Assembly: GCA_012295275.1 (NCBI GenBank)
Contig: CM022670.1
Span: 6,138,001-6,202,000 of the forward strand
Direction: 5' to 3'
Length of the DNA stretch: 64,000 bases
Source: Chrysomallon squamiferum
Taxonomy: Eukaryota > Animalia > Mollusca
Under the pieces are notes generated by a model, which did not search any database, was not told where the DNA came from, and saw nothing but the letters and a program-made list of their open reading frames with translations. Shown piece by piece: positions 1 to 29,466 of this stretch (its first letter is position 1; every line of letters begins with the position of its first letter). Position numbers and translations under genes: made by a program.

Positions 1-526
1 GATTTATTACCATTATTATTTATCATCATCATCATCATTATTATATTATGTTTAACTACCGTCAACATTATTATTATCATCATCATCATCGTTATTATTT
101 TCATTTTTAAAGTTAATATTAATATTATCTGCTTGACGTATATTGCTACATTTGTCTAAAGATATATGTCATAAACAGAACAGTGGAGGTTACTATGACA
201 ACACAATATGTATGCTGAAATAGAAATGAATAAACAACTACACCATACACTAAATAACACCGCTGACAACGACAACTACTACGTGACCACCTTTTAAACA
301 AATAAATAAAACAGCTCTATATAGCAGTCTAAAATTCACAAGACTACTAACAACACACAGACATGCTTACCAATGGATCCTCCTAAACAGCCGCGTTAAA
401 TATAAAGTTAAAATTTGACTTTCTGCTAAAAGACAGGCTGACAAGGTGAATGGTCTTGTTAAAGAGACACGACAATAAATCATAACAGCAGCATTAGTCG
501 CGAATAATTGTGTTAGGCGTCGGCTG

Positions 527-562
<36 letters not shown>

Positions 563-619
563 GTAGTAGTAGTAACAGTAATTGTAGTAGTTGTAGTATT
601 AGTAGCGGTAGTAGTAGTA

Positions 620-652
<33 letters not shown>

Positions 653-751
653 GTAACAGTAATTGTAGTAGTTTTAGTAGTAGTAGTAGTAGTAGTAGTA
701 GCGGTAGTAGCAGTAGTAGTAATAATAACAATAATAGTAATAGTAGTAGTA

Positions 752-800
<49 letters not shown>

Positions 801-822
801 TAATAATAATAATAATAATAAT
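527..822 (+). repeat. Compound (AAT)n/(AGT)n microsatellite with internal higher-order duplication
   Basis: Directly visible; it is the source of the poly-L and poly-Y ORFs. Confidence 0.95.
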
Positions 823-1045
823 TTAATATAATAAATATAAACATCACCCACAACCAACGAGTCATTCCGATTCACAAGATGATGATTTAAAATAAATGTG
901 TAACGACATTTCAACATGATTAAATATGTTTGTAGAATATTCATATTTGGTGAAACGACAGAGGAATTAACCTGCCGTCTCTACATGCGTTACTCATATA
1001 TTAGCAATAAACAGAATCGTTTATATATCCTGTAGATAAAATAAT

Positions 1046-1090
<45 letters not shown>

Positions 1091-2211
1091 AGTCTTATGT
1101 ACAGCAACTCGACAGAACGGAAAACATACTAGTGATCACGTGACCTATCAGTTTCAGGCGTACACTGTGACCATTGAACAAAACCGAAATATAAATAATA
1201 CATGTAAATCGTACATCATCATTATGTCGACATTCTGTAACGTGAAACAAAACACAGAGGAATGAAAACAATAACCTTTGACCTACAAGCCTAGATTATA
1301 GATAAACGTGAGCCCTAAACGTATACACATACTTGAGAACGTGCTACCATGCATAAAGCGTTATATTTCTAAAAAAAAAAAAAAAAAAAACACGTTTCCT
1401 TGAGCAGTTGTTACTCAATTACCATGAGACAATCGTCCGCTCCTTACAACAACACGTTTACCTGACTAAACGCCGAGTTTGAGCTGAATCAACACATTAT
1501 TTAACAAATAAACTGAATGAAATAAGCTCGTGCAACAGAGACATTAAGTTGTAAATACCTTGTTTAGAGTTACTGTAAACAATGCTGAATAACCGCTCAT
1601 CTTGAAACTGAAACCGTTTCACAAATGGGCCATGATTATGTTGGGTATATTTTTCACGTTACAAATTTTATTATTTAAGTTTACCACCAACAGCTTTGTA
1701 CACGTAGCTCAGTTATTCGTGAATTTAAAAGTCGTTTTACGAATACACCCCCCAAACCATGTATCAGGCAAGGTTGGGATCGGAGGTGATCCGGATTTGT
1801 GGATGAAGGCCTTATATTAAACCTAAACGAAAAGTAAAGAACTGCACACACGCATGCACACACACACGCATGCACATAACAAACACACACACACACGCAC
1901 ATATTTGCATGCATAATATATCACGAGTTTTGATAAACCAGTCTTATGTTGCTCACTGATGATGCGACACATGAAATGTGATGTTAACAATTGTAACTAT
2001 ATTCAGCACACTTTCTACCTTATCCAGGCTCTCTGAAGCTAAACAGCACAGGTAAGGCGGTTACAAACAGTGTGATTTAATGTCACAACAACCGACTGAA
2101 TACGTGTCAAAATGCTCATGTCAGACTGCCGCCCGTTGAGTTTAAAATTGAATTATATCACACATCTGTGTCATTTTAAACCTGTTATCTTCATAAAGAA
2201 GTAAAAACATG

Positions 2212-2242
<31 letters not shown>

Positions 2243-2574
2243 AACAATCTTATATATGCAATAATAAAGAAATAAATAAATTCAGGTAATCTTTGCAGCA
2301 AATGACTGAAAGAATGAATATTTCATGATATATATTAATATTAGATAATTAAACACACAGACTATAGTATAACGAGAAAGGAAATTTGCTGCTGTGACGT
2401 CATATTGAATGTCTGTATCGTCAGCAGGTCCGAATCTGTTATACACACCTACATACAAACAGCAAAAAACTGTCTTTTATAACCCAGTCGTGAAGCGGAA
2501 TATAAATATGAAAAAGGGGACTGATAGTGGAACTAGCCACACTTCAGACCAACTGCCTACCACTGCGGTAGAGG

Positions 2575-2730
2575 CCAGAACGGGCAAAATATTTTATTTT
2601 TAAATGAGGCTGAGTCAATAAACGCGTGAAATATTTAATATTTTAAATGAGGTTGAGTCAAAAAACTCGTGAAATATTTAATATTTTAAATGAGGTTCAG
2701 ACCAGAACGGGTAAAATATCTAATTTTAGA
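2575..2730 (+). repeat. Minisatellite of about 42 bp next to the donor at 2739
   Basis: TTTTAAATGAGG(C/T)TGAGTCAA...GTGAAATATTTAATA repeated about three times, flanked by two copies of CCAGAACGGG(C/T)AAAATAT. Confidence 0.75.
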
Positions 2731-2739
2731 AATTATCAC

Positions 2740-18529
<15,790 letters not shown>

Positions 18530-20334
18530 GATTGCCGCAGAATTAACGTCTCCTGATAAAAGTTACGACGGGTGGAATGACTTAAGACAACTGCCACATC
18601 GGATCGTGGGCTAAAGTTACGGCCTGAAAAGTTTACTGCCAATTAATTACGTGCATGGGTTGTCATACTGGTCGAAAGAAAATGACAGTTATTGATAAGG
18701 AAATCCAAGGACCAAACCGGTATATCCACGCCGCGACCTCGACAAAAACACCCGCTTTCGAAGTCGCGCGAGCACTTCCCACTTTGTCACTGTGCAAACG
18801 ATGTCAAATCACACCAAACGACAGTCTAAACACGGCACATTCTTTTTTTCGAGTAACGTTTGCGCTTTCCTGCTTCGTTTACCCCGCATAAATATCGATT
18901 ATTTTTAGTTAATACATATTCATGACTTGCGTATTACCGAGGGAGTGTAAATGGAATAGCCATGTATCGAGAGATTGTGTAGCGTAACAGACTTCTCTGC
19001 CTTTTGTCAGTTTAATATTCGAATAATCGTTTTCTGTTTTTACAGTATAATCTGCTAAATAGTTACTTCTAAATACGTCAGTTATCATAACGAAAACAGC
19101 ATCAGTAGTAGCAGTGTCACAGTACTGTAAGTCGCAGAAAAAAAAAGATGAAGTGATCTGGCCTTAGCATTGTAAAGACTAAATTAATTTTTAAAAACAT
19201 TTCAAACTATCTACCTCAACACGCAATCTTCAGTTCGTTCTCACATCCATTTATATAATATGACCAAAGTCTCCTTAGTAATCTTCTTCACGGAAACAAC
19301 TGCAACTATATTAGCGAAAAAAGAACTTTTTTGGTTGTGTATACACAAAAGGACATAAACCAGAATTTACACACACACACAATTATAAAGATACGGATGG
19401 GGAACCTTTGCTTGATTTTTTTATATTTTTATTTTTATTTGTGTGTTGTTGTTTTTCCTGTAATTAATACATCATTTTCTTTTTTGGATTTCTTCTTTTT
19501 CAAAATATTTATTTATGTATTTATTTATATGCTAGTTAGCACATTTATTTTGGCCTAAAGGTGGCTCACGTCTTGCCCAGATACTGCCAGCTCAGGACCT
19601 CATGGAGGCCAACTTTGGGACAGATAAATGTGCTAGCTTGGATATTTATTTTGTTGATGTTATTGAAAATAAAATAGATTTATCTTTAAAACATCATGCG
19701 ATTGTATCTGTTCACAGAAGCAAAATGAAAAATTATTTTTAAAATAAACAGCAATTTTACAATACTTTAAATGTATTTATTTCTTTCAAATATAATAGTA
19801 AATAGGTATTTATTGAAAAGTTATTATTTGCATCCATATGATATAATTATGTCTAGCAAATAACCGTAATTGTTCGGTATTTTTGTAACTGTTGTTTTAT
19901 ATGCAATATATTAATATTAATAGCTATTTTAAAATAAAATAAAATGAAATAAAATAAAAACTTGTTTCGGCGTTTTATCTTACATTCAAAGAAAGCTTCG
20001 TTTATTTTGTTAACATAATGTAAACATCCGGAAACAGCCGAACCATATAATATATGAAATTACAATTCGATTATTTCCGGACAGTTCTTGAATTATATTT
20101 GTATTTTATTATAATACGTTATTTTTTGTGTTTATTGTAATTCTTGATAAACCACAATGAAAGAAAATGTTCCACAAAAATAAGTAGTTACAAAAATATT
20201 GGATTGCCCCAATTAAGTCACGTGATTATATCGTAGAAAGATGGTAGCTTTTGTGCACCATCTTTCTTTCTGGCCTGGCTGATTGTCCAGAAATTTGGTG
20301 TTTCTCGATACATAACTTTTCTGTTGCACAAATA
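18530..20334. promoter_or_regulatory. Divergent (head-to-head) promoter region between gene 1 and DELE1
   Basis: The start codons at 18529 (-) and 20335 (+) point away from each other. CpG is locally richer at about 18530-18900. There is an ETS-type CCGGAA near 20026 and an E-box TCACGTGA near 20218. Confidence 0.55.
19531..19641. mobile_element. Small MITE-like inverted repeat element (about 110 bp)
   Basis: TAGCACATTTAT (19537-19548) and ATAAATGTGCTA (19624-19635) form a perfect 12-bp inverted pair that extends imperfectly inward (CCTAAAGGTGGC vs GCCAACTTTGGG). The insert is GC-richer than its flanks. Confidence 0.55.
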
Positions 20335-20836
20335 ATGTGGAGAATATTCAATGGAATTCCAAGAGGTAAGATTGTCATGTGTAGTTACTTGTTTGATTGC
20401 ATTTGCAAGAGTGTCAAAATATCGGGTTGGACATATTTATCAACCCAATTTGTTCTTGACCTTGTTGATATTTATTTTAGTTTATACTCGAAAGACCTGA
20501 GCCACCAGTTAAAACCGAATAATTTTTTTTGCTATTTGTTCTATTACTTATATGAAGTACTCTATAGATACTGTGTTTAACATTTCGTACGTTGTTAAAA
20601 TAACAATAAAAGTTTATTAAGGTCATTGTTATTTTTGTAGTAAAGTCTGTGACGTGGTGTTCTAAATAAAGTAAAGGATTTCCCTTTAATGGATTTCCTA
20701 GTGGTGATGTTCCGAACACATTTTGTATTATTTAGAATTGTGATGTCTGTCGTATGGCTGTATTGAACATCATTTATACTTGGCTGCAATCAGCCAGTTC
20801 CAATATATTTAATATTTATTTTCAGATTTAAATTTA

Positions 20837-20867
<31 letters not shown>

Positions 20868-23800
20868 TAAGGTTTTCATGGTTACAAAAATTAAACAAAA
20901 TGCTTTGAGGTGTAATTTATTTTTAATTTAAAATAAATAAGAGAAACAAATGTGTATGCTTGCAGACTTGAAAATTAGAAATTATCTTGTTTTAGTCTTA
21001 TGACCCAATTTGAATTTTTATATTATTTTATAATATAAAACTGTGTAAAGAAGAAGAAGAAAAAATTCCTTTTCAGTGTGTTCACTAAAAATAATAATTA
21101 GCACAATTTAAATGTGTCGTGTCATTAAATGTATTTTCAGCTGGCTTAAGTGTATCATTACTGTGGTTAAAAACTGTGACATTACACACTTAGTATAATA
21201 GGCATTGCTGGGGTTGTTAACTACAGAACTGACCTGACATTCTGAAGTATCTCATACCTGATAACTAACAAATAAAATTTGTTATGTTGTTTTCTGTTAG
21301 TCCAGTTTTCACCATCACATTGAAAAGATTATGTTTTACTATATGATAATATTAATCACTAATGACAGTTCATTTAGAAAAGTTAGACAAATTTAGATTT
21401 TTTGATATATATGTGTATATGTGTGTATATATATATATATTTTTGTTGAAACAGATTTATTTTACTTTAGTTAGCAGAAAATTGTTTGAAGTAACATGCT
21501 TAATTTAAAATATAAACATATTCTTTAGTTGGCCTTTCATAAATTTGTTTTTCTTTTCATATGAGGAATATAATGTCTATATGGAAATATATTTTATCAT
21601 TTTGATAAAGTAGCTTTTATTGAATAATAAAGGACACCATCAATTATACTGTTGTCTTTCACATCAGAATGAGTGATGCAGAGGATATATTTTAGAATAT
21701 TTTTAATTTATGCTTGTTATCACTGTTGCTTCTTAAAAAACAAAATTTATTAATATCTGTAATCTCTGAAAATTATTTGGCATCATATTTAAACTGATCA
21801 ACGTTAAAGAACTTGATTTTTTTAAAAATAATTTTATGTTAAGAATAAAAATCTATTAAATTTTAAAGTTTGCTTTTGTAATTTCCAGTAATTCGTCAAC
21901 ACTGGAACAATGCACGTGCTTCATCTGGTATTTACAAAGAAGATGACCTGCACTGTGACTGTGATCCACCAGTCAGAAGTTTTGAGAAGAGGATAACTCA
22001 CTGCAGGTAATAATAACAATAAACCCTTCATTTCTTCTTTTAAAAATTGTTTTTTTAGACAATATATTAAACAAACAAATTTTACTTAATATATATTGAT
22101 ATTTTAAAGCTTGTTACATTTCTTAGTAATTTTTATTTGAAATAAAATGAATAACATCTTTGCAGTTAAACTTTGAACCATACTTATGAATAGATATTTT
22201 AAAATAGCAAATGTTACTTTATCACACTAAATAGATTAAAAGAAAAAGGAAAAAAAGCTTATTATTTTTGTCTTTTAACTTCCACAAATACAACAAACCA
22301 TTGTAAGTTAACACTTAGAATCAACTGTAACTTTTCATACTAAATTAATAACAAAGTTGTGTCTGGAAGTTCAGTATTAATATCACACTATGTGAGTTAA
22401 TATCTGTGTTTGTAATGGCAGACTGGGAAGCTCAGGGTTTGGTGCTAATGATGGGGGGAACGACACGGACAGGAAGAAACAAGACTGGTGGAAACGACGC
22501 AACTGTGACTTCTGGTTTCTCCTCAGTGGGACCCACCGAGCTCTAGAAGCTGTTACATGGGTGTGTAAATGTGTTTTTATCAGTTAAAAAATCAAAAAAA
22601 AAAGGTTATTATCTAATTTATATATATAATACTTATTGATATAACATACATTGTCAGTTTTGATTCTCATATATATAATAATATAAATCATTAAAATAAT
22701 TTGTTACTATTATATATTTAACAACATGAAATTTGAGATAAAACTGTTGGTTATCCATAGTTTACAAAGAAATTAAAAAGATAAAATAAGAGTATTTTTA
22801 TTTTTTGTTATTTTATTTGTGAACCAAAATGAACATTAAAAATTGTTTTTTATCATTACATTTTGATTTCAAAGTTTAAATAGCTGTATTCAAGAGATTG
22901 TTACACAGAGCAGAAAAGGTTGAGAAAATAATTCTGAGATTATTTAAATAATTTTCATTGTTGTTTTCAGTCAGTAAACAAAAAAATGAAGAAATCACTA
23001 CAAATATTTTATATATATAATAAAAACATATTGTGTACTTAATACACCTAGAGAGAAATATGTTGTGTAAATAGGTTTTATCAAAAAGTTGTGAAAATAT
23101 TTATGAAGTGAAGCGTACTGAATTTCCACAGGTTTAGAAACATAAAATCAGTCATTATTCTGATACTTTTTGTCATCATGTTTAATTTTTTTTTTCAATC
23201 ATAATTTTTAATTTTATTAATTTAAAACTATTCAGGGGGCAGCTGTAGTTCTAGGAATACAGTTGTCAAATCCTAGGTTGAGGGGAGCAGGATGTCTGCC
23301 TGATGATGTCAAACAGGAAAAGACAAAACGACGATGTCTTCTCTACCACGTTGCATTTGCTTTGCCAGGCAGCAGAACAAAGCAGAATGTTCTAGATTCA
23401 AACTCGTCCATACAGAAAGGAGCTCAGAAAGAAGAAGGGGTAAGTTGTCTTTGATGAATCAAAATTAGATCAATAAAATATTTACATTCGAAAGCTGTAA
23501 TGGATAAAAAAACCCTCTGCACCTCAAAAAAAGAAACAACCTGGAAGAAACCAAAATGTTTGACCCAAACACACCGATAATGAAGTTGTTGTTAGGCTGC
23601 TTCAGTGTTTAGATGGAATCTAAAAGTGATCTTTTCAAAAAACAAAGTTACACAAATTTCACTGAGATATTTTAATTTGCTGTCATGACTGCCGTATAAA
23701 CAAAACATCCTAAAAAGAGAATCATGATTTCTTTCTTTTTCTGTGCTGTAAGTCCTGAAAACTGCCTTTTTATATCTCTCTTGTCTCTTGTAAATTAATT

Positions 23801-25925
23801 TATCATTCTCAAATTCTGCAGGCTGAAGAAAGTGATGCTGTTACGAAGGTGATGACAGAATTCAAAAACATCTGCAGCAAGTATACGGCTATAGGAAAGA
23901 ATGTTCTTGGACTAACAAAGGCTAAAGATGGCAACATGGAGAGTGCAGTCCAGGACCTGGAGGAGTCGAGTGAACTGGGACATCCCGGGGCTCAGTACAA
24001 CATGGGTTTATGTTATGAGCTGGGTCAGGGTGTAAACATGAGTCTAGCACAAGTATGTGTACTGAGAAATATGTTAAAAATGACACAAATATCTAATACT
24101 GGTATAAGTTGGGGCTGATAGAGGACATACACATGAATACAATACAGTTTGTTTACATTATAATCTGTTTCCTAATTTTTTATCATTTGTACACTACAGA
24201 ACTGTAGCAGTGTCTAAGCACCAGTATTTCTATTTTATAATTTTTTATTAATAAATAACAAAAATGTTTAACATCTGACCAACAAAGGGTTGTAGACTTT
24301 AAATTTAACACAGTATATTTATTTGTATTTTATATATAAACTATTATACAGAAATTTAATAATTGTACAGTGTAGGGCCCAGGCAGGCTATAATCTTAAC
24401 AGTATATTTATTTGTATTTTATATATAAACTATCAGACAAATATTTAATGTTTGTACAGTTTAGGGCTGAAGGCTATACTCTTAACACAGTATATTTATT
24501 TATATTTTATTTATAAACTATTATGCAAATATTTAATGCTTGTACAGTATAGGGCTGATTCAGTCTATAAATTAACACAGTATATTTATTTGTATTTTAT
24601 ATATAAACTATTATACAAATATTTGATGTTTGTACAGTGTAGGGCTGTTGCAGGATGTAAACAATGAGTCAAGCAAATGTAAGTTTATATTAAGGGGACA
24701 TTTTTTATGTTGCTGAATTGAAACTTGATGGCAATAATCCCCTTTTGTTACAATAAAAAAATAGTACTAGTTTATTATTTTTGGCTTTTTTTAATATTAT
24801 AGTACCCCATTTCATGAACCTCTCCAATCCAAACCGGTTTATACATATTCAAACTGCTGGGGTTCATCATAGACATGTATTTCTGCAAAATAACATAAAG
24901 GAACAAAGTCTTTGTTTACATACTTCAAAAGAAATAATTAATTAAAATAAATAATATGTTTTTCATTCATATTTGTAAACAACCGAAAGTTCTGTAAAGG
25001 TTTTGTGAAAAGATTACTTAATTTTTCCTAGATTTTCTTGAAGTCATTTTCTGATGTTTGTTTTTAAATATATATATTTCAAACTTGCAGACTCTAGCAC
25101 AAATAGTTTTCATACAGCATCTTTCCAAAATAGTACAAAAGAAGATAGGTGATTAAAAAAAACAAATGATGTTTCATAAACCATATTTGCACTTACTATG
25201 ACTATAGGGGTGATGCTATGCATCATTATTATGTATTCTCTGTATGTGCACTTCTTTTTGCAAAAAACCTAGCATGTTCCCTTAACATATACGTAGAATT
25301 TTGTTAGCACTACACAAGCAATGTGTCTTATATTTATCCTTCTAGATAGAGGGGAACACATACCATGGTCTTTGATGTCTCACTTCTGACACTCAGATAA
25401 TGAAAATAGCCTTACAGCTCAGTATCAAGTTTTCACTTTTTGAGCACACTTGCTAAAATGATTTGGAAATAACATTTTAATTTTCCATTAACGTCAAATG
25501 TCTATCATAAATAATTATAATTTCTAAACATAACAACAGATATTTTATTTGTGAAAAATGTTTTTATTTTCTTTTAGGCTGCCAAGTTTTACAGCCAGGC
25601 TGCTGCGAGTGACCACCCTAAAGCTCTGTACAATCTGGCTATGTTGTACCTGAAAGGAGAGGGGGGAGTCACACAGGACACAAAACAGGCCATGTCACTG
25701 CTAGAGCGAGCTGCACAGCAAGGTTTGTCAGAGGTAATGTGTTTACTATTGATACTATTATTTATAATTATTATTACTATTACTACCATTGATATTGTCA
25801 ATGTTAATTTTAGGAGTATTATTATCATCTTTAATATTATTATTGTAATTACTACAATTAGTATTACAATTATTATTTATTTTGTTATTATTCATTTATT
25901 TTTATTATTACTATTATTGTTGTTA

Positions 25926-25960
<35 letters not shown>

Positions 25961-28100
25961 GAAAGATAAAATTAAACAAAAGTATACCTGTAGAAAAGTA
26001 ATCAGCATTTCAAGGTTTTGTTTGTATGATTTTGACAGAACAATTTGACAGTACTATTACTACCATTGATATTGTCAATGTTAATTTTAGGAGTATTATT
26101 ATCATCTTTAATATTATTATTGTAATTACTACAATTAGTATTACAATTATTATTTATTTTGTTATTATTCATTTATTTTTATTATTACTATTATTGTTGT
26201 TATATTTATTATTATTATTATTATTATTGAAAGATAAAATTAAACAAAAGTATACCTGTAGAAAAGTAATCAGCATTTCAAGGTTTTGTTTGTATGATTT
26301 TGACAGAACAATGAATGAATTGTTGTGTTTGCAGGCACAAACATATCTGGGTGTGTATTACACAGAGGAGGAAAAACAGGACATGCACAAAGCTGTTTCG
26401 TTTTTCACCATGGCAGCAGAACAAAATGTAAGTAAAATAAATCTGTTATCTGATTACTACATTTTCTTAGCCATATTCTAAATTGAAGTATAAAACTTGA
26501 TATTCCACCCTCAAAATTTTTTTTGACATTATTTTCAGTAAATGTGATTACTGATAAGATGATATAATTAGAAAGTAAATTACAAGAAAGAAATTTTTAA
26601 TTATACTGAGACTCCAGTTTTCTTTTAAATGTTGTCAAGCAAGTTTATATGGAAATATGTTTCTTATGATCTTTTTAATTTAATTTTAAGAGATGATGTT
26701 TTATATTTGTGATATCTGTTTTAACATTACTGTTTACAATGTTTGTAAGGAAAAACATTTCCAGTATCACATACCATTGATTTTTAAAAAAAAGTTTTTT
26801 TGCTCCCTCCTCAGGACCCAGAAGCTCAGTTTTTCCTGGGTATTTGCTACGAACAGGGCTGGGGTGTGGAAACCAATGAGTGTAAAGCTGCCAGTTTGTA
26901 CAACTCAGCTTCTAAAAATGGTCATGATGGCGCCATGTACAATCTGGGTGTTTTTCATGAATTTGGACTTGGAGGTGAGTTTTATAATTCAAAAAAAAAA
27001 AAAGCATTATAAAAATATTACTTTTTGGCATGTTATAAAATAGATATTCTATAATTCAGAAATAAAAATCAGTAAAAGAATGAAAAAAAGAAATGTTAAT
27101 TCTTATAAAATCCTTTTTTTTTTTAAATGTGGTTTTGTTTGCTTTTATTTTTTCCAATAAATATTTCCATAACTATAGCATAACTTTGATGTTTTCATTT
27201 TACTTATCAGGTCTACCTGAAGATCGGGTTTCTGCTCTAGATTTGTTCAGCAAAGCTGCAAGTCTTGGAAATGAAAGTGCCACCTTTAAGCTACAGGAAT
27301 GGTATGCTAATGCAGCTCTGTTAGAATGGTCAGGTAAATAACGTTTATGTAATATTTTCTTTTAAAATGTTTATTTATAAATAGCACTATTTATAATACT
27401 AACATTATAATTTTGTTTACAAATAATATTATTTATATTATCGATACAAAAATTTTATTTGTAAATAACAATATTTATAATATTATTTTTTTATTGCAAT
27501 TTATTTTTTAATAACACTTTATTATAAAATCAACTTCAAAAATGTTTTATATATAAATAACACTTATTTATAAAATTATGGTGTTTTATTTTTATTTTTA
27601 TTTCAGCCAAGTTTGGGACTCACTCCAACTCTCACCTGGAATACCAGTTTCCCTTGGACAAACCTGCAGTAACAAAGTCACGAGAACCTGAACGAGTCGA
27701 GTCCACTGGTTTCAACTCATCTGCTTCCTTACCAAGCCTCAACACTCAGATTTGCTGTAACCGGAACAAAGTCCAATGTATCCCCCCTCTCAGCCCCTCC
27801 GTTTCCTCACCCACTTTAACAGACTTAGTCAAACTAAACATTGATCGTTTTGATGTTGGAAACCAGTTCGTTTCAGGCTTCACAAAATCTGCTGCAGAAG
27901 ATTTCATCATGGAGCAGTTCATGTCAAAACAGGACAATTCAGTGGCAAGAGCGACTTTCTTTCTAGGTGATGATTGTGATGAAACAAGGAAGAAAACTGC
28001 TCCGCGCTCAGGGTTTGATTTGTCGGAAGTGAATTTTTGCACAACAGGACTAAACCGCACACAAACCATGCCAGACCTTTTGACTGTTGCTTGTCCTTGA
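20335..28100 (+). CDS. DELE1: DELE1 (DAP3-binding cell death enhancer 1), Sel1/TPR-repeat mitochondrial stress relay protein, about 582 aa
   Basis: Ten exons: 20335-20365, 21889-22006, 22422-22560, 23236-23439, 23822-24052, 25578-25733, 26335-26427, 26815-26974, 27211-27333, 27607-28100; phase-consistent. The MWR start and LEAVTWGAAVVLGIQLS resemble human DELE1 (MWR...WDAISWGTLAVLALQLA, from memory). Several Sel1 repeats follow (AQYNMGLCYELGQGV, ALYNLAMLYLKGEGG, AQFFLGICYEQGWGV, AMYNLGVFHEFGLGG). Confidence 0.85.
24305..24650 (+). repeat. Minisatellite of about 88 bp x4 in DELE1 intron 5
   Basis: Unit TTAACACAGTATATTTATTTGTATTTTATATATAAACTATT...TTGTACAGTGTAGGGC, starting near 24305, 24395, 24482 and 24572. 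Confidence 0.85.
25775..26312 (+). repeat. Near-perfect tandem duplication of about 270 bp in DELE1 intron 6
   Basis: Copy 1 is 25775-26044 and copy 2 is 26052-26312. They differ by about 9 bp of an internal (TTA)n, and the linker is TTGACAG. Confidence 0.92.
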
Positions 28101-29189
28101 CATCAAGTTGACACCATTGTTAACATTTTTTTTTTTTTTTTTTTTTTTTTACACAGTGTGTAAGACATTTGTCATTAAACTCCATAGATCTCATCTGGCA
28201 CACATTAATTAGTATACACTCATTACATATACACACCTGTTAAGTGCACATCATATTAAAATAGCATGCATTCCTTAGACATGTCATTAATACACAATTA
28301 TTATAAAGGTATACAACATTAAGTAATGAACATCATTAAACGCTATTCAGTTTGAAATGGCAAACATAATTATAATAAAATTATAGCATATAAATTATAT
28401 TTATGACAAACTCATTCAAATGTATAGAATCATTATTATTCTATTTTTGTGCATCTTTGAAGAATGGTCATCAAAACACTGTGTGCGGATCATGTCTATC
28501 AATATTTTACTGTGTTGTTTGTAAAATCATGGTTTGTTTTAATATTTATCAGCATCCTAATCAAAGAAATTGCAGAATCCTTGAGATCTCGAGAAGAGTA
28601 AATGTGTTTGACCTTTCAGAATTGGTCACAATTACAACTTTGTTAAAGTGTACAATTTTATGCCTAAACAATTGTGTGAATTTCTTACTTTATTAAACTG
28701 TCTAGATTACTGACATAATTAAATTATTATAAACATATGGTTAGATTTTTGACATTTTGTGCAGTGTATTTTAATATCCATTTTGATTTCAGACATTATT
28801 AGTTTCTAAATGTTTGGGTTACTTAACATTTTCAGTTTTTTTTTTGGACATGTATTTTAAATATCTTAATATCAGATAGTTTTACAATGCCACAGTTATT
28901 TTTAACAGTAGAAAAAGGGAAAATTTATTGTTTTAAAGTATTATAGAGCATAATTCATGAAATTCGTTGAAATTTAAACATCACTCTGGTAAAGATAGAG
29001 ATACTGTTTTTAGATTCTTGAAATATTTTCTTTTTATTAGTGCATAATTTTTGTAAATGTTCAAATAATTTTGATATCCTGTACCTAATAGTAATCCACT
29101 GTATTATTAATGCTTCATTGATGATGCTGTTTTCCCATTTTTTCACTATGTTAATGTCAAACTGTTGAAATATTTTGAGTTTTAGTGCT

Positions 29190-29466
29190 AAGTGTTACAG
29201 TGTATCATTGTCATATTTCAGTGTTACATTATTCTGTTGTATCTCTGACAGTGTTACAGGTATCATTGTTATATTTCATTCTTTATCATGGCAGTGTTAC
29301 AGTGTATCATTGTCATATTTCAGTGTTACATTGTTCTGTTGTATCTCTGACAGTGTTACAGCATATCATTGTCATATTTCATTCTTCTTTATCTCATGGC
29401 AGTGTTACTGTGTATCATTGTCATATTTCAGTGCTATGTTCTTCTGCATCTCCGACAATGTTACAA
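29190..29466 (+). repeat. Degenerate tandem repeat (about 100 bp, built from CAGTGTTACA subunits) downstream of the DELE1 stop
   Basis: AGTGTTACAGTGTATCATTGTCATATTTCAGTG recurs three times. Confidence 0.8.

Noticed and set aside
513-944. Poly-Leu/poly-Tyr ORFs, and similar poly-I, T, N, VC and ER ORFs elsewhere
   Set aside because: They are translations of microsatellites with no coding signal.
1681-1820. Possible next exon of gene 1
   Set aside because: No PNP-fold continuation and no convincing splice-site pair.
25641-26481. 135-aa and 151-aa hydrophobic ORFs
   Set aside because: They are DELE1 exons read through into the duplicated (TTA)n-rich intron.
27746-28069. 107-aa antisense ORF
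   Set aside because: It is the shadow of the DELE1 last exon.
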